From a bacterium (GTDB taxonomy: Bacteria; Elusimicrobiota; Elusimicrobia; UBA1565): a stretch of 35,246 bases of DNA. Positions 9,753 through 18,565 of this stretch are shown here, piece by piece. The DNA lies in the NCBI GenBank assembly GCA_004322435.1, contig SCTT01000319.1:1-35246 (forward strand), written 5' to 3'. Within the stretch, counting starts at the first letter, position 1; each line of letters opens with the position of its first letter. The notes beneath the pieces were generated by a model. That model was not told the origin of the DNA and searched no databases. It was given only the letters and a program-made list of their open reading frames with translations. The position numbers and the translations under genes were made by a program.

Positions 9753-11526
9753 GGCCGTCCTCCTCGCCGCGGCCCTCTATGCGGGGACCTTGGCCGTCCT
9801 CCATGCCCCACTCCTGCGCGACCCGGGCCGGCCCGTGCTCGGCGGCGGGCAGGTCGCGGGCGTCCTGGTGTGGGAGGCCTGGTGGTTCGGCGGCGCGTGG
9901 CGCGCGGCCGGCCCCTCGCCTTGGACGTCGACGGCGCTCATGCACCCCGAGGCCGTCCCTGTGGGCCCGCACTCGCCGCTGAGCGCCCTCCTCTACTGGC
10001 CATTGGCAAAGGCCGTGGGCCTCTACGCGGGGGTGAACGCGCTGGCGCTCGCCGCCTACCTGGGGGCCGGGGTCGGGATGTTCCTATTGGCGTTCGAGCT
10101 GAGCGCGCACGGGCCCGCCGCGCTGGCCGCGGGCTTCGTGTTCATGTTCAGCCAGGAGTCCTTGACCCAGCATCGCCTGGGGCAATTCGGCCAAGCGTTC
10201 ACCGGGTTCCTCCCCGTGCTGTTTCTCGGACTGCGCCGCCTGGCCGACGGGCGTCCCGCGCGCCTCCCCCTCCTCCTCGGGGCCCTGGGCTCCGCGCTGG
10301 CGACGCCCTACACGGCCTTCGCCGCGCTCGGGGTCGGCGGGCCGCTCTACGCCGCCGCGCTGTGGGCGCGCGGCGAACTGGGCGACCCCCGCCGATTCGC
10401 GCGCGAGGCGGCCCTGGCCTGGGGGTTGGCGGCGGCGGCCTGCGCCGCGGCCTATTGGCCGGTGGTCGCGCCTTTGCCGGACCTCATCGGCGGCAGCGAG
10501 TCCTACTCGCTGAGCCTGCTGTCCTTCGTGGACCTCCCGGCCTGGCACCCGTCGCAGGCCGTGCAGTCGCTGCGGCGCCTCACCTCTGGCTTCCCCGACG
10601 AGGCCGCGCTCACGGCGGGCCGGGTGCTGAGCCGGCCGGGCCTGGCCCGCCGCGCCGCGGCCGAGCACCTGATGGGCTACTTCCCGCTGACGCTCTTGGC
10701 CCTGCTCGCCTGGGGCTGGCGCGCGAAGGCCGCGCGGGGGCAGGGCGCTTGGGGCCTCCTCGGCGCCGGGGCGCTCGTGCTGGCGCTGGGCCCGCACCTG
10801 CAGCCCGCCTTCGCGCCGACGGCCGTGCCTCTGCCCTACGCCCTCCTCCAGGCCCTCCCGCTCGTGGGGAGCCTGCGCGCCCCGGCGCGCCTGGCGACGC
10901 TGGCCTGGCTCGCCGCGGCGGTCTTCGCCGCGTTCGCGGTGCGAGCGCTCTGGGACGCGAACCGGCCCCGGGCCCGCGCGGCGCTCTTCTCGGCCCTGGC
11001 CGTCGGCTTCGCCTGGGAGCTGGCCCTGCCCCAAGCGGGCCGCTGGTGGACGGCGCTTCCGGACGGCGAGGCCTATGCGCTCCTGCGCGCCGACCCGCGC
11101 CCCGGCGCGGTGCTGGAGCTGCCCGCCGCGGTCGGGCCGGCGGGCGACGTCTCGGTGGACGTCCAGCCCTACATGCTCGCCCAGCCGCTCCACGGACGGC
11201 CGCTCGTGCTGGGGCGTCCGCCGCGGCACACCTGGGCCTCCCTTCGCACCGTGCTCAACACCGACGTCCTCTACGAGACGACGCACCCCGCCGTCCTGCA
11301 CGCGCTCTACGAGGACCCGCGCCTCGCCGCTCGGCGCGCGGCGCTGACGCAGGGCGGCCGCGGGGCCCTGCGGCGCGCGGGCGCGGCGTTCGTCGTGGTC
11401 CACGGGACGGACCCGCTCTTCTCGGAGGAGGTCCTGGCCGACTACCGCCGCTTCGTGGGCGACGTCCTCGGACCGCCGCTTTTGGTCGACCGCTTCGGCA
11501 TCGCCGTCTACGCGGTGGGTCCGTGA
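9715..11526 (+). CDS. Polytopic membrane protein, probable GT-C-fold (YfhO-like) glycosyltransferase
   Basis: Many hydrophobic helices, an LRAPARL motif, and a soluble C-terminal domain with AVLELP and YMLAQPLHGRPLV. The start is uncertain because it overlaps the upstream gene by 38 nt. Confidence 0.6.
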   Translation: MECPGPSWPRSSKAVLLAAALYAGTLAVLHAPLLRDPGRPVLGGGQVAGVLVWEAWWFGGAWRAAGPSPWTSTALMHPEAVPVGPHSPLSALLYWPLAKAVGLYAGVNALALAAYLGAGVGMFLLAFELSAHGPAALAAGFVFMFSQESLTQHRLGQFGQAFTGFLPVLFLGLRRLADGRPARLPLLLGALGSALATPYTAFAALGVGGPLYAAALWARGELGDPRRFAREAALAWGLAAAACAAAYWPVVAPLPDLIGGSESYSLSLLSFVDLPAWHPSQAVQSLRRLTSGFPDEAALTAGRVLSRPGLARRAAAEHLMGYFPLTLLALLAWGWRAKAARGQGAWGLLGAGALVLALGPHLQPAFAPTAVPLPYALLQALPLVGSLRAPARLATLAWLAAAVFAAFAVRALWDANRPRARAALFSALAVGFAWELALPQAGRWWTALPDGEAYALLRADPRPGAVLELPAAVGPAGDVSVDVQPYMLAQPLHGRPLVLGRPPRHTWASLRTVLNTDVLYETTHPAVLHALYEDPRLAARRAALTQGGRGALRRAGAAFVVVHGTDPLFSEEVLADYRRFVGDVLGPPLLVDRFGIAVYAVGP

Positions 11527-12719
11527 GGACCTTCTCGAAGGCCGCCGCGGCGCGCCTTTTCCTCGCGCGCCAGGGGCTGGACCGCCCGCGTTTTCAGCCC
11601 CTGACGCGGGAGTCGCTTGAGCGCTGCGCCGCGGCGACGGGCGGGCTGCAGCTCGATTCCATCAACGTGGTCGAGCGCGCGCACCGCCTGACGCTGTGGA
11701 GCCGCTTCGGCGCCTACGACGCGCAGGCCCTCGACGCCTGGGTCTACCGGGACCGCGCGCTCTTCGAATATTGGTCGCACGCCGCCTGCCTCGTCGCGCG
11801 GGAGCACCTGCCGGCGTGGCGGCGCGTGATGGCCGACTACAAGACCCGCCACACCGGCTGGTCGGGCTGGCTCCGGCGCAACGCCAAGGCCGTGGCCGCC
11901 GTGGAGGCCGAGGCCGCGGCGCGCGGCCCGCTTAAGGGCGGCGGCTTCACGCGGCCCAAGAGGCGCGGCGGGGGTTGGTGGAACTGGGACGCGACCCAGC
12001 ACGCGCTGCATTATCTTTGGATGGCCGGGCGCCTCGGCGTCGCCGCCCGCGTCAACTTCGAAAAGGTCTACGACCTGGCTTCACGCGTGCTGCCGGAGGT
12101 CGAGCCGCTGCCCGCCGCGGAGTTCCCCGGCTGGCACCTGCGCACGTCGCTGAAGGCGATGGGCGCGGCGACGGAGAAGGACCTGCGGATGTACATGACT
12201 TTCCCGCGGCAGAAGGCCGGAGAGCGCGGGCAGGCGCTCAAGGCCCTCCTCAAAGACGGGGAAGCCGTCGAGCTGCGGGTCGAGGGCGCGGAGGAGCCCT
12301 GGTACGCGCTCGCCGCGGACGTCCCAGCGCTTGAGAACCCGCCCGAACCGTCGGGGACGACGCTGCTTTCTCCTTTCGATTCCTTGATGTGGCACCGGGA
12401 GCGCGTCGTCCGTCTCTTCGATTTCGACTACAAGATCGAGGTGTACACGCCGGCGCCCAAGCGCCGCTACGGGTACTACGTGCTGCCCATCCTGCACGAC
12501 GGGCGCCTCGTGGGGCGGCTGGACCCCAAAAACCACCGGGACCGGAAGGTCTTGGAAGTGCGCCGGGTGCACCTGGAGGCGGGGGAGGAGAGGAACGCCG
12601 ACTCCATCCTGCAGGGGACCGCGGAAACCCTCAAATCCCTGGCCTCCCACCTCAAAGCCGAGCGGGTCGGCGTCACCGCGCGGGCCGCGCCGGGGCGGGC
12701 GCTCCGGGCGCTCCTCTAG
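11523..12719 (+). CDS. ycaQ: YcaQ/AlkZ-family (HTH_42) DNA cross-link repair glycosylase
   Basis: GTG at 11523. Motifs LQLDSINVVERAH (QxD), LFEYWSHAAC, LLSPFDSLMW and FDYKIEVYTPAPKRRYGYYVLPILHDGRLVGRLD. Confidence 0.88.
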   Translation: MRTFSKAAAARLFLARQGLDRPRFQPLTRESLERCAAATGGLQLDSINVVERAHRLTLWSRFGAYDAQALDAWVYRDRALFEYWSHAACLVAREHLPAWRRVMADYKTRHTGWSGWLRRNAKAVAAVEAEAAARGPLKGGGFTRPKRRGGGWWNWDATQHALHYLWMAGRLGVAARVNFEKVYDLASRVLPEVEPLPAAEFPGWHLRTSLKAMGAATEKDLRMYMTFPRQKAGERGQALKALLKDGEAVELRVEGAEEPWYALAADVPALENPPEPSGTTLLSPFDSLMWHRERVVRLFDFDYKIEVYTPAPKRRYGYYVLPILHDGRLVGRLDPKNHRDRKVLEVRRVHLEAGEERNADSILQGTAETLKSLASHLKAERVGVTARAAPGRALRALL

Positions 12720-13513
12720 CGGGTCCGGGTCGCCAGCATGTTGTGGGCGTCGAGCTTGCTCGTCGTGAAGCCGAACCCGGTCAGGAAGGCCGCGATCTCC
12801 CCTTCGGAGAGCCGCATCTTCTCGAGGATGGAGGGCAGGCACTCGAGGACGACGCAGCTCAGGCGCGGGTCCGCGAGCATCCGCCGCATCCCGCGCAGCG
12901 CCGCGAACTCCGCCCCCTCGATGTCCATCTTGACGAAGTCCGGGCACACCTCGGGGGGGAAGAGGCCGTCGAGGGAGACGCTGACGACCCGGCGCCCGGC
13001 CGCGCTGCCCGGAGGGGGCACCGCGATGGAATGCGCCGAGGGAGCGGCGTCGTTGCGGTAGAGGTCGGCGAAACCCAGGGACTCGGACACCGCGTAAGGG
13101 CAGACCTCGACGTTGCGGCAGCCGTTCTCGCGGATGTTCCGCTGCAGGAGCCAGAGGTTGTCGTGGTCGGGTTCGAACGCGTAGACCCGGCCCGCGGGGC
13201 CCACGAGCCGGGAGGCCAGCACGCTGTAGAACCCGATGTTGGCCCCCAGGTCGAAGACCGTCATGCCGGGCCGCAGGCGCTCCTTGAACGCGCGCGACTC
13301 GGCCGACTCGTACTCCTCCCCCATGCGCAGGCAGTCCGAGATCGCCTCGTCGTGGCCCTGCAGGTAGAACCGCATCGAGTCGACCTCGACGAAGTCCGGC
13401 TGCAGCCAGCCTTCCCAGACCAGGCGATGGAGGCGGTTGAAGACGCCTAAACCGAAGCCGAACCCGCGGGCCCGGCGGAAGAACGCCCGATACGCATCGC
13501 TCAACAAGCTCAC
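12716..13513 (-). CDS. FkbM family methyltransferase
   Basis: GTG at 13513 overlapping the asnB stop. Motifs VFDLGANIGFYS, VYAFEPD and FVKMDIEGAE. Confidence 0.92.
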   Translation of the reverse strand: MSLLSDAYRAFFRRARGFGFGLGVFNRLHRLVWEGWLQPDFVEVDSMRFYLQGHDEAISDCLRMGEEYESAESRAFKERLRPGMTVFDLGANIGFYSVLASRLVGPAGRVYAFEPDHDNLWLLQRNIRENGCRNVEVCPYAVSESLGFADLYRNDAAPSAHSIAVPPPGSAAGRRVVSVSLDGLFPPEVCPDFVKMDIEGAEFAALRGMRRMLADPRLSCVVLECLPSILEKMRLSEGEIAAFLTGFGFTTSKLDAHNMLATRTR

Positions 13514-15435
13514 GCGCCGAACCCCCTGAAATCCGGCCGGCACTTCTGGTGCCAGAGCTCGAGCATGAGGAGCGCCCACAGCCGGTAGCCGTGGTCGCGC
13601 CGGCGGGACTGGTGGTCGTCCCACATCTTGCGCAGGTAGGCTTCCTCGAAGTAGCCGCGGTTCAAGGCCTCGGGCGAGAGGACGGTCTCCTCGAAGTAGC
13701 GCTTGAGCTTGCCGCGGAACCACGGCGCCATCGGGATGCCGAAGCCCATCTTCGGGCGCTTCGTGATGGACTGCGGGAGCTTGTCGGCGAAGGCCCTTTT
13801 CAGGATCCACTTGTGCCCGCGCAGGCCCTTGAGCTTCCACTCGCCCGGCAGCCGGAAGGCCGTCTCCATCACCTCGTGGTCGAGGAAGGGCGAGCGGGCC
13901 TCCAGGGAGTTCGCCATCGAGGCGATGTCCATCTTCACCATCAAATCTTCGGGCAGGTACGTGACGACGTCCGTGTAGAGCATCCGGTTGACGAAATCCT
14001 CGCCCTTCGAGCGCTCGTAGGCGTCGCCCAGGTAGCTGGCCGCGCGGGAGCGCGCGCCGGCCTCCTCCTCCCCGAGGGCCCGGCGCATCGCGGGGCCGTA
14101 GAGCCCCTGCTTGTCCTCGTCGGAGAAGTAGCAGATGACCTTGAGGTGGCGCTGGGCGAAGTCGCCGAAGACGGCCGCGCGCAGGAAGCGCTTGGCGCGC
14201 CACAAGGTCGAGAAGGGCGCGTCCTTCTCGGGCAAGTACTCGGCGCCCGCGACGATGAGCCTCTTCAGCGGGCCCGGGACCACGTCGTAGAGGCGCGCCG
14301 CCTTCATCGCGAAGTAGCGCACATAGCCGGCGAAGGCCTCGTCGCCGCCGTCGCCGTTTAAGGCCACGGTCACGTGCTTGCGCGTCTCGCGCGAGACGTA
14401 GTACGAGGGCAGGGCCGAGGCGTCGGCGTAGGGCTCGCCGTAGTGCCAGGCCAGCTTCGGCAGGACGTCGGCCATGTCGGCCGTGACGACGAACTCGTTG
14501 TGGTCGGTGCCGTACTGACGGGCGACCTGGCGGGCGTAGGGCAGCTCCGAGAAGGCGTCGTGGTCGAAGCCGATGGAGAAGGTCTTGACCGGCCGCTCGG
14601 AGAGCCCGGCCATGCACGCGACGACGATGGAGGAGTCGATCCCGCCCGAGAGGAAGGCTCCCAGCGGCACGTCGCTGATCATCCGCAGCTTGACCGCCTC
14701 GATGACCTTCGCGCGGACCATCTCTTCGGCCTCGCGGACGTCGGCGGTGAGCCGCGGCGCGCCCAGCGGCAGGTCCCAGTAGCGCTCGATGGTGACCCGG
14801 CCGTCCTGGTAGGTCAGCGTGTGCGCGGGCGGCAGCTTCTTGACGCCCTTATAGATGGTGCCCGGCGCGGGGATGTACTGCAGCGACAGATAGAGGTCGA
14901 TGGCCCGGGCTTCGAGCGCCGTGTCGACCCCGTCCCAGACCAGCAGGGACCTGAGCTCGGAGGCGAAGGCCAGGCCGCCGGGGAGGAGCGCGTAGAGCAG
15001 CGGCTTCTTGCCGATGCGGTCGCGCGCGAGGAAGAGGCGCTTGTCGCGCTTGTTCCAGACGGCGAAGGCGAACATGCCGCGCAGGCGGCCGACGGCCGCC
15101 GCGCCTTCCTTCTCGTAGAGGGCGAGGACCACCTCAGTGTCGGAGCGCGTCTTGAACGGATAGCCGGCCGCCTCGAGCGGCGCGCGCAGCTCCTGGAAGT
15201 TATAGACCTCGCCGTTGAAGACGATGACGAGGTTCCCGTCGCGGCTCTCCATCGGCTGATGGCCGCCGGACACGTCTATGATGGAGAGGCGCCGCATCGC
15301 CAGGGCCGCGTGGTCGTCGGTGTAGAAGCCCTCGTCATCGGGCCCGCGGTGGGTGATTAGGTCGTTGGCTTTTTTAAGGCGCGCGCGGTCGGCCTTGCCG
15401 GGCGAGGCGAAGACCGCGCCGACGATGCCGCACAT
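13510..15435 (-). CDS. asnB: Asparagine synthase (glutamine-hydrolysing) family amidotransferase, probably acting on a glycan
   Basis: MCGI Ntn start, HRGPD, RRLSIID, FNGEVYNF, ARDRIGKKPL, FLSGGIDSS, GDGGDE, KMDIASMANSLEARSPFLD. Confidence 0.93.
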   Translation of the reverse strand: MCGIVGAVFASPGKADRARLKKANDLITHRGPDDEGFYTDDHAALAMRRLSIIDVSGGHQPMESRDGNLVIVFNGEVYNFQELRAPLEAAGYPFKTRSDTEVVLALYEKEGAAAVGRLRGMFAFAVWNKRDKRLFLARDRIGKKPLLYALLPGGLAFASELRSLLVWDGVDTALEARAIDLYLSLQYIPAPGTIYKGVKKLPPAHTLTYQDGRVTIERYWDLPLGAPRLTADVREAEEMVRAKVIEAVKLRMISDVPLGAFLSGGIDSSIVVACMAGLSERPVKTFSIGFDHDAFSELPYARQVARQYGTDHNEFVVTADMADVLPKLAWHYGEPYADASALPSYYVSRETRKHVTVALNGDGGDEAFAGYVRYFAMKAARLYDVVPGPLKRLIVAGAEYLPEKDAPFSTLWRAKRFLRAAVFGDFAQRHLKVICYFSDEDKQGLYGPAMRRALGEEEAGARSRAASYLGDAYERSKGEDFVNRMLYTDVVTYLPEDLMVKMDIASMANSLEARSPFLDHEVMETAFRLPGEWKLKGLRGHKWILKRAFADKLPQSITKRPKMGFGIPMAPWFRGKLKRYFEETVLSPEALNRGYFEEAYLRKMWDDHQSRRRDHGYRLWALLMLELWHQKCRPDFRGFGA

Positions 15436-16665
15436 CTAGGCGGCCCTCCGCGGCGCGAGGCGGGCCCAGGCGCCTTGGGCGCCCAGCGCGGCGAGCACCG
15501 CCAGGGCGGGCACGGCGGGGACCACGTAGCGGGAGAGGCCCTGGGTCAGCAGGTGGATGTTCATATAGAGGATGAGGGCCGTCACGGGGCGCGCCGCGGG
15601 GGTCTTCCACGACAGGACCATGCCGGCCAGGGCCGCCAGCAGGAAGGCCGCCTCGGCGCCCTTCGCGAGGACCTTGCCCACGGCGGCGCCCCAGGCCCCC
15701 TCGCGACGGTAATCGGCGAAGGCCCGGTCCAGCCCTAAGCCCTGCTCGGCCCAGCCGCCGTCGAACCAGATGGTCTTAAGACGCCCCACGCAGAACCCGA
15801 CGTAGCGCAGCGGCGCGCGCCGGATGTTGGCGAGCGCGACCTCCTTCGAGGCCGGGCCGATTTGCGGGTCGTGGGCGAAATAATAGCCGCGGATGGGCTC
15901 CGGCAGCGCCTCGTCGGGCGTGATGCCCTGGACGCCCTCGGTCGACTGGTAGAACGCGTGCAGTCCCATGCCGTCTTCAAAAGGTATGACACGCCCGAAC
16001 AGCAGGAAGTTCCGCACGAGCCACGGCGCGACGAAGAGGTAGGCCGCCGCTGTCATCATGAGGCCCCAGCGCCAGGCGCCCGGCCGGCCGGTCCAGGAGG
16101 GGAGGAAGGGGGTCAAGAGCGGCGGCAGGAGCAGCAGGCTGGAGCGGCAGGTCAGCGACAGGCCGGTCACGGCGCCGGCGGCCAGCCAGGGGCGCGCCGA
16201 GTCCCCGCCCTCCTGGACGGCGCGCACGAGGAGGAGCATCAGCGCCGCGAAGAGGAAGGAGAGCACGCTCTCATAGCCCGTCGTGAAGTCGAGGTGCGCG
16301 GAGAAGGGGTTGAGGACGGCCATCAAGGCGGCCGCGGCGGCCCAGCGCTCCGGCGTCAGGCGGCGGGCGGCGAGGTAGGTCAGGACCGCGGCCCCCATAG
16401 ACAGGAGGATGTTCATGACGATGACCGGCGTGGGCCCCGCCGACCCGGTCAGGCGGATGAGGAGCGCGAGCGTCAGAGGCCAGAAGGGGAGGCGGAAGGC
16501 CGTGGGGGTGAGCCCGTCGTAGGCGTAGACGCCGTGCTCGGCCAGGGACCGGGCGATGAGGTGGAAGTCCCCCTCCACGGGCGTCAGCAGCCCGGGGTTG
16601 ATCCAGACCTTGAAGGCGCGGAAGGCCAGCCCGGCGGCCAGGACGGCCCAGACGGCGCGCGGCAT
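15436..16665 (-). CDS. GT-C fold (ArnT/PMT-like) membrane glycosyltransferase
   Basis: ATG at 16665 with TGATG overlap. Acidic residues follow the first TM helix (EGDFHLIARSL), then PTAFRLPFWP, YES, APWLVRN and a C-terminal SRYVVP; polytopic. Confidence 0.72.
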   Translation of the reverse strand: MPRAVWAVLAAGLAFRAFKVWINPGLLTPVEGDFHLIARSLAEHGVYAYDGLTPTAFRLPFWPLTLALLIRLTGSAGPTPVIVMNILLSMGAAVLTYLAARRLTPERWAAAAALMAVLNPFSAHLDFTTGYESVLSFLFAALMLLLVRAVQEGGDSARPWLAAGAVTGLSLTCRSSLLLLPPLLTPFLPSWTGRPGAWRWGLMMTAAAYLFVAPWLVRNFLLFGRVIPFEDGMGLHAFYQSTEGVQGITPDEALPEPIRGYYFAHDPQIGPASKEVALANIRRAPLRYVGFCVGRLKTIWFDGGWAEQGLGLDRAFADYRREGAWGAAVGKVLAKGAEAAFLLAALAGMVLSWKTPAARPVTALILYMNIHLLTQGLSRYVVPAVPALAVLAALGAQGAWARLAPRRAA

Positions 16666-17651
16666 CAAGACGTCCGCGCGGCGGCCTTCGGGAAGTGCTT
16701 GCGGCGCACCTCCTCGCGCACCCAGGCGTAGGTGCGCTTGAGGCCCTCTTCCAAGCTGATCCGCGGCTCCCAGCCGAGGACCGCGCGCAGCTTCGAGTTG
16801 TCCGAGTTGCGTCCGCGCACGCCCTGCGGGCCCGGCACGTGCTTTTTGACGATCTGGACGCCCGCCGCCGCGGCCACGAGGTCCGCCAGCTGGTCGATGG
16901 AGACCATCCGGTCCTGACCCAGGTTCAAAGGCTCCGCGTGGTCCGAGCGCATCAGGCGGGAGATGCCCTCGACGCAGTCGTCGATGTAGCAGAACGAGCG
17001 CGTCTGCTTGCCGTCGCCCCAGATCTCGACTTCGGGGTTGCCCGAGAGCTCGGCGAAGGCCACCTTGCGGCACATCGCGGCGGGGGCCTTCTCGCGCCCG
17101 CCGTCCCAGGTGCCCTGCGGCCCGAAGATGTTGTGGAAGCGCACGATGCGCGCGGTGATGCGCTTTTCCTCGTTGGCGTGCAGGCACAGGCGCTCGGTGA
17201 GGAGCTTCTCCCAGCCGTAGGCGTCCTGCGGCTGGGCGGGGTAGGCGTCGTCCTCCTTCAAGGGCACGACGTCGGCCGAGGTCTGCTTGTACTCGGGGTA
17301 CACGCAGGCCGAGGAGGTGTAGAAGTAGCGCTTGACGCCCGCGCGCAGGGCCCCTTCGAGGGTGTTGATGTTGATGAGGGCGTTCGAGGAGAGGATCGTG
17401 TAGTGGTTCGCCGAGATGTAGCCCATCCCGCCCATGTCGGCGGCCAGCGCATAGACCTCGTCGACCCCTTGGGCCGCGGCGTCGGCGGCGGCGCGCTCGC
17501 GCAGGTCGCAGACGCTGAACTCGTCGGCGTCCGTGGGGGCGTATTCGGGCTTCTTCAGGTCGGCCCCGCGCACCCAATGGCCCTGGGCTTTCAGGTAGGT
17601 GACGAGGTGGTGGCCGATGAAGCCGCCGGCGCCGGTGACGAGGATTCTCAT
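16665..17651 (-). CDS. GDP-mannose 3',5'-epimerase (GME)-like extended SDR
   Basis: TGAGGFIG, AADMGGMGYI, SSACVYPE, PQDAYGWEKL, RFHNIFGPQGTWDGGREKAPAAMCRK, WGDGKQTRSF and GPQGVRGRNSDN match the plant GME signature blocks. Confidence 0.88.
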   Translation of the reverse strand: MRILVTGAGGFIGHHLVTYLKAQGHWVRGADLKKPEYAPTDADEFSVCDLRERAAADAAAQGVDEVYALAADMGGMGYISANHYTILSSNALININTLEGALRAGVKRYFYTSSACVYPEYKQTSADVVPLKEDDAYPAQPQDAYGWEKLLTERLCLHANEEKRITARIVRFHNIFGPQGTWDGGREKAPAAMCRKVAFAELSGNPEVEIWGDGKQTRSFCYIDDCVEGISRLMRSDHAEPLNLGQDRMVSIDQLADLVAAAAGVQIVKKHVPGPQGVRGRNSDNSKLRAVLGWEPRISLEEGLKRTYAWVREEVRRKHFPKAAARTS

Positions 17652-18565
17652 AGCAGGCTCCGATAGCGGGTGAAGGCCTTGGCCGCGCGCTCGGGCAGGA
17701 AGGCGGTCAGCGCCTCCTTGTCCTTCTGCAGCGCCGTCACCAAGGCGAGGTTCTTCTCGTAGCCGAGGAACTCGCCCACCATGTCCTTGGTGAAGTCGTG
17801 CACGTTGCGGTCCTGGCGCACCGAGGGCTTCGCAAAGACGACCTTGAACCCCTGCGCCTGCAGGTGGTACGCGCCCCAGATGTCGTCCATGCGGCCGATG
17901 CCCGGGAACATGAAGTAGTGCCGCAGGGCCTCGCGGGTCAGGAAGGTGTTCTGGGAGTTGAACGGCGCCCAGGCGTTTGAGGCCAGCGGGAAGCCGGCCG
18001 CCTCGAAGCGGCAGGCCGGGCGGTGCTCCATGCGGCAGAGCGCGTCGATGTCGGGGTCCCCGTCCCAGAAGTCGGCCTGCACGTCGCAGCGGCCGAGCGG
18101 CTCGCCCGCCGCGACCTGCGAGTAGTCGCGCTTGTGCAGGAGCTGCAGCGGGTAGCCGCGGTGCCACAGGTGGCGGTAGTTCGTGGCGCCGACGGGGTCG
18201 AAGACCGGGAGGTCCGTCTTGAAGAGGCGGCCGCGGGGGTGCGTGCCGACGAGGAGGTCCGTCCCCCAGCCCTCGTAGGGGACGTTGTCGTCGTCGACCG
18301 TGGCGACGACGTCGGCGCCCTGGCGGTAGGCGTGGAGGAAGCCCATGTTGCGGCGCTGGATGCAGCTCCAGCCGATGGCGTCGGAGAGCTCCTTGTCGAG
18401 CTCCTCCTGCATCGCCGGCGTCATGTAGAGGCCGCGACCCAGCTTGTAGTCGGCCGGGGTCTTCTTGTCTCCGACGACGACGAGCTCCCAGCCCTCCATC
18501 CGGTCGAAGAGCCGGATGGCCTCGGTGGGCGGGTTGATGGTGGTCGAGACGATGAACTTCTTCAT
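17648..18565 (-). CDS. STELLO/DUF288 / RGP (GT75)-like protein; candidate NDP-sugar pyranose-furanose mutase
   Basis: ATG at 18565. Motifs TTINPPT, VVVGDKKTP, RRNMGFL, VDDDN, WHRGYP, GDPDIDA, PFNSQNT and GRMDDIW. No TM helix or signal peptide. Confidence 0.72.
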   Translation of the reverse strand: MKKFIVSTTINPPTEAIRLFDRMEGWELVVVGDKKTPADYKLGRGLYMTPAMQEELDKELSDAIGWSCIQRRNMGFLHAYRQGADVVATVDDDNVPYEGWGTDLLVGTHPRGRLFKTDLPVFDPVGATNYRHLWHRGYPLQLLHKRDYSQVAAGEPLGRCDVQADFWDGDPDIDALCRMEHRPACRFEAAGFPLASNAWAPFNSQNTFLTREALRHYFMFPGIGRMDDIWGAYHLQAQGFKVVFAKPSVRQDRNVHDFTKDMVGEFLGYEKNLALVTALQKDKEALTAFLPERAAKAFTRYRSLL

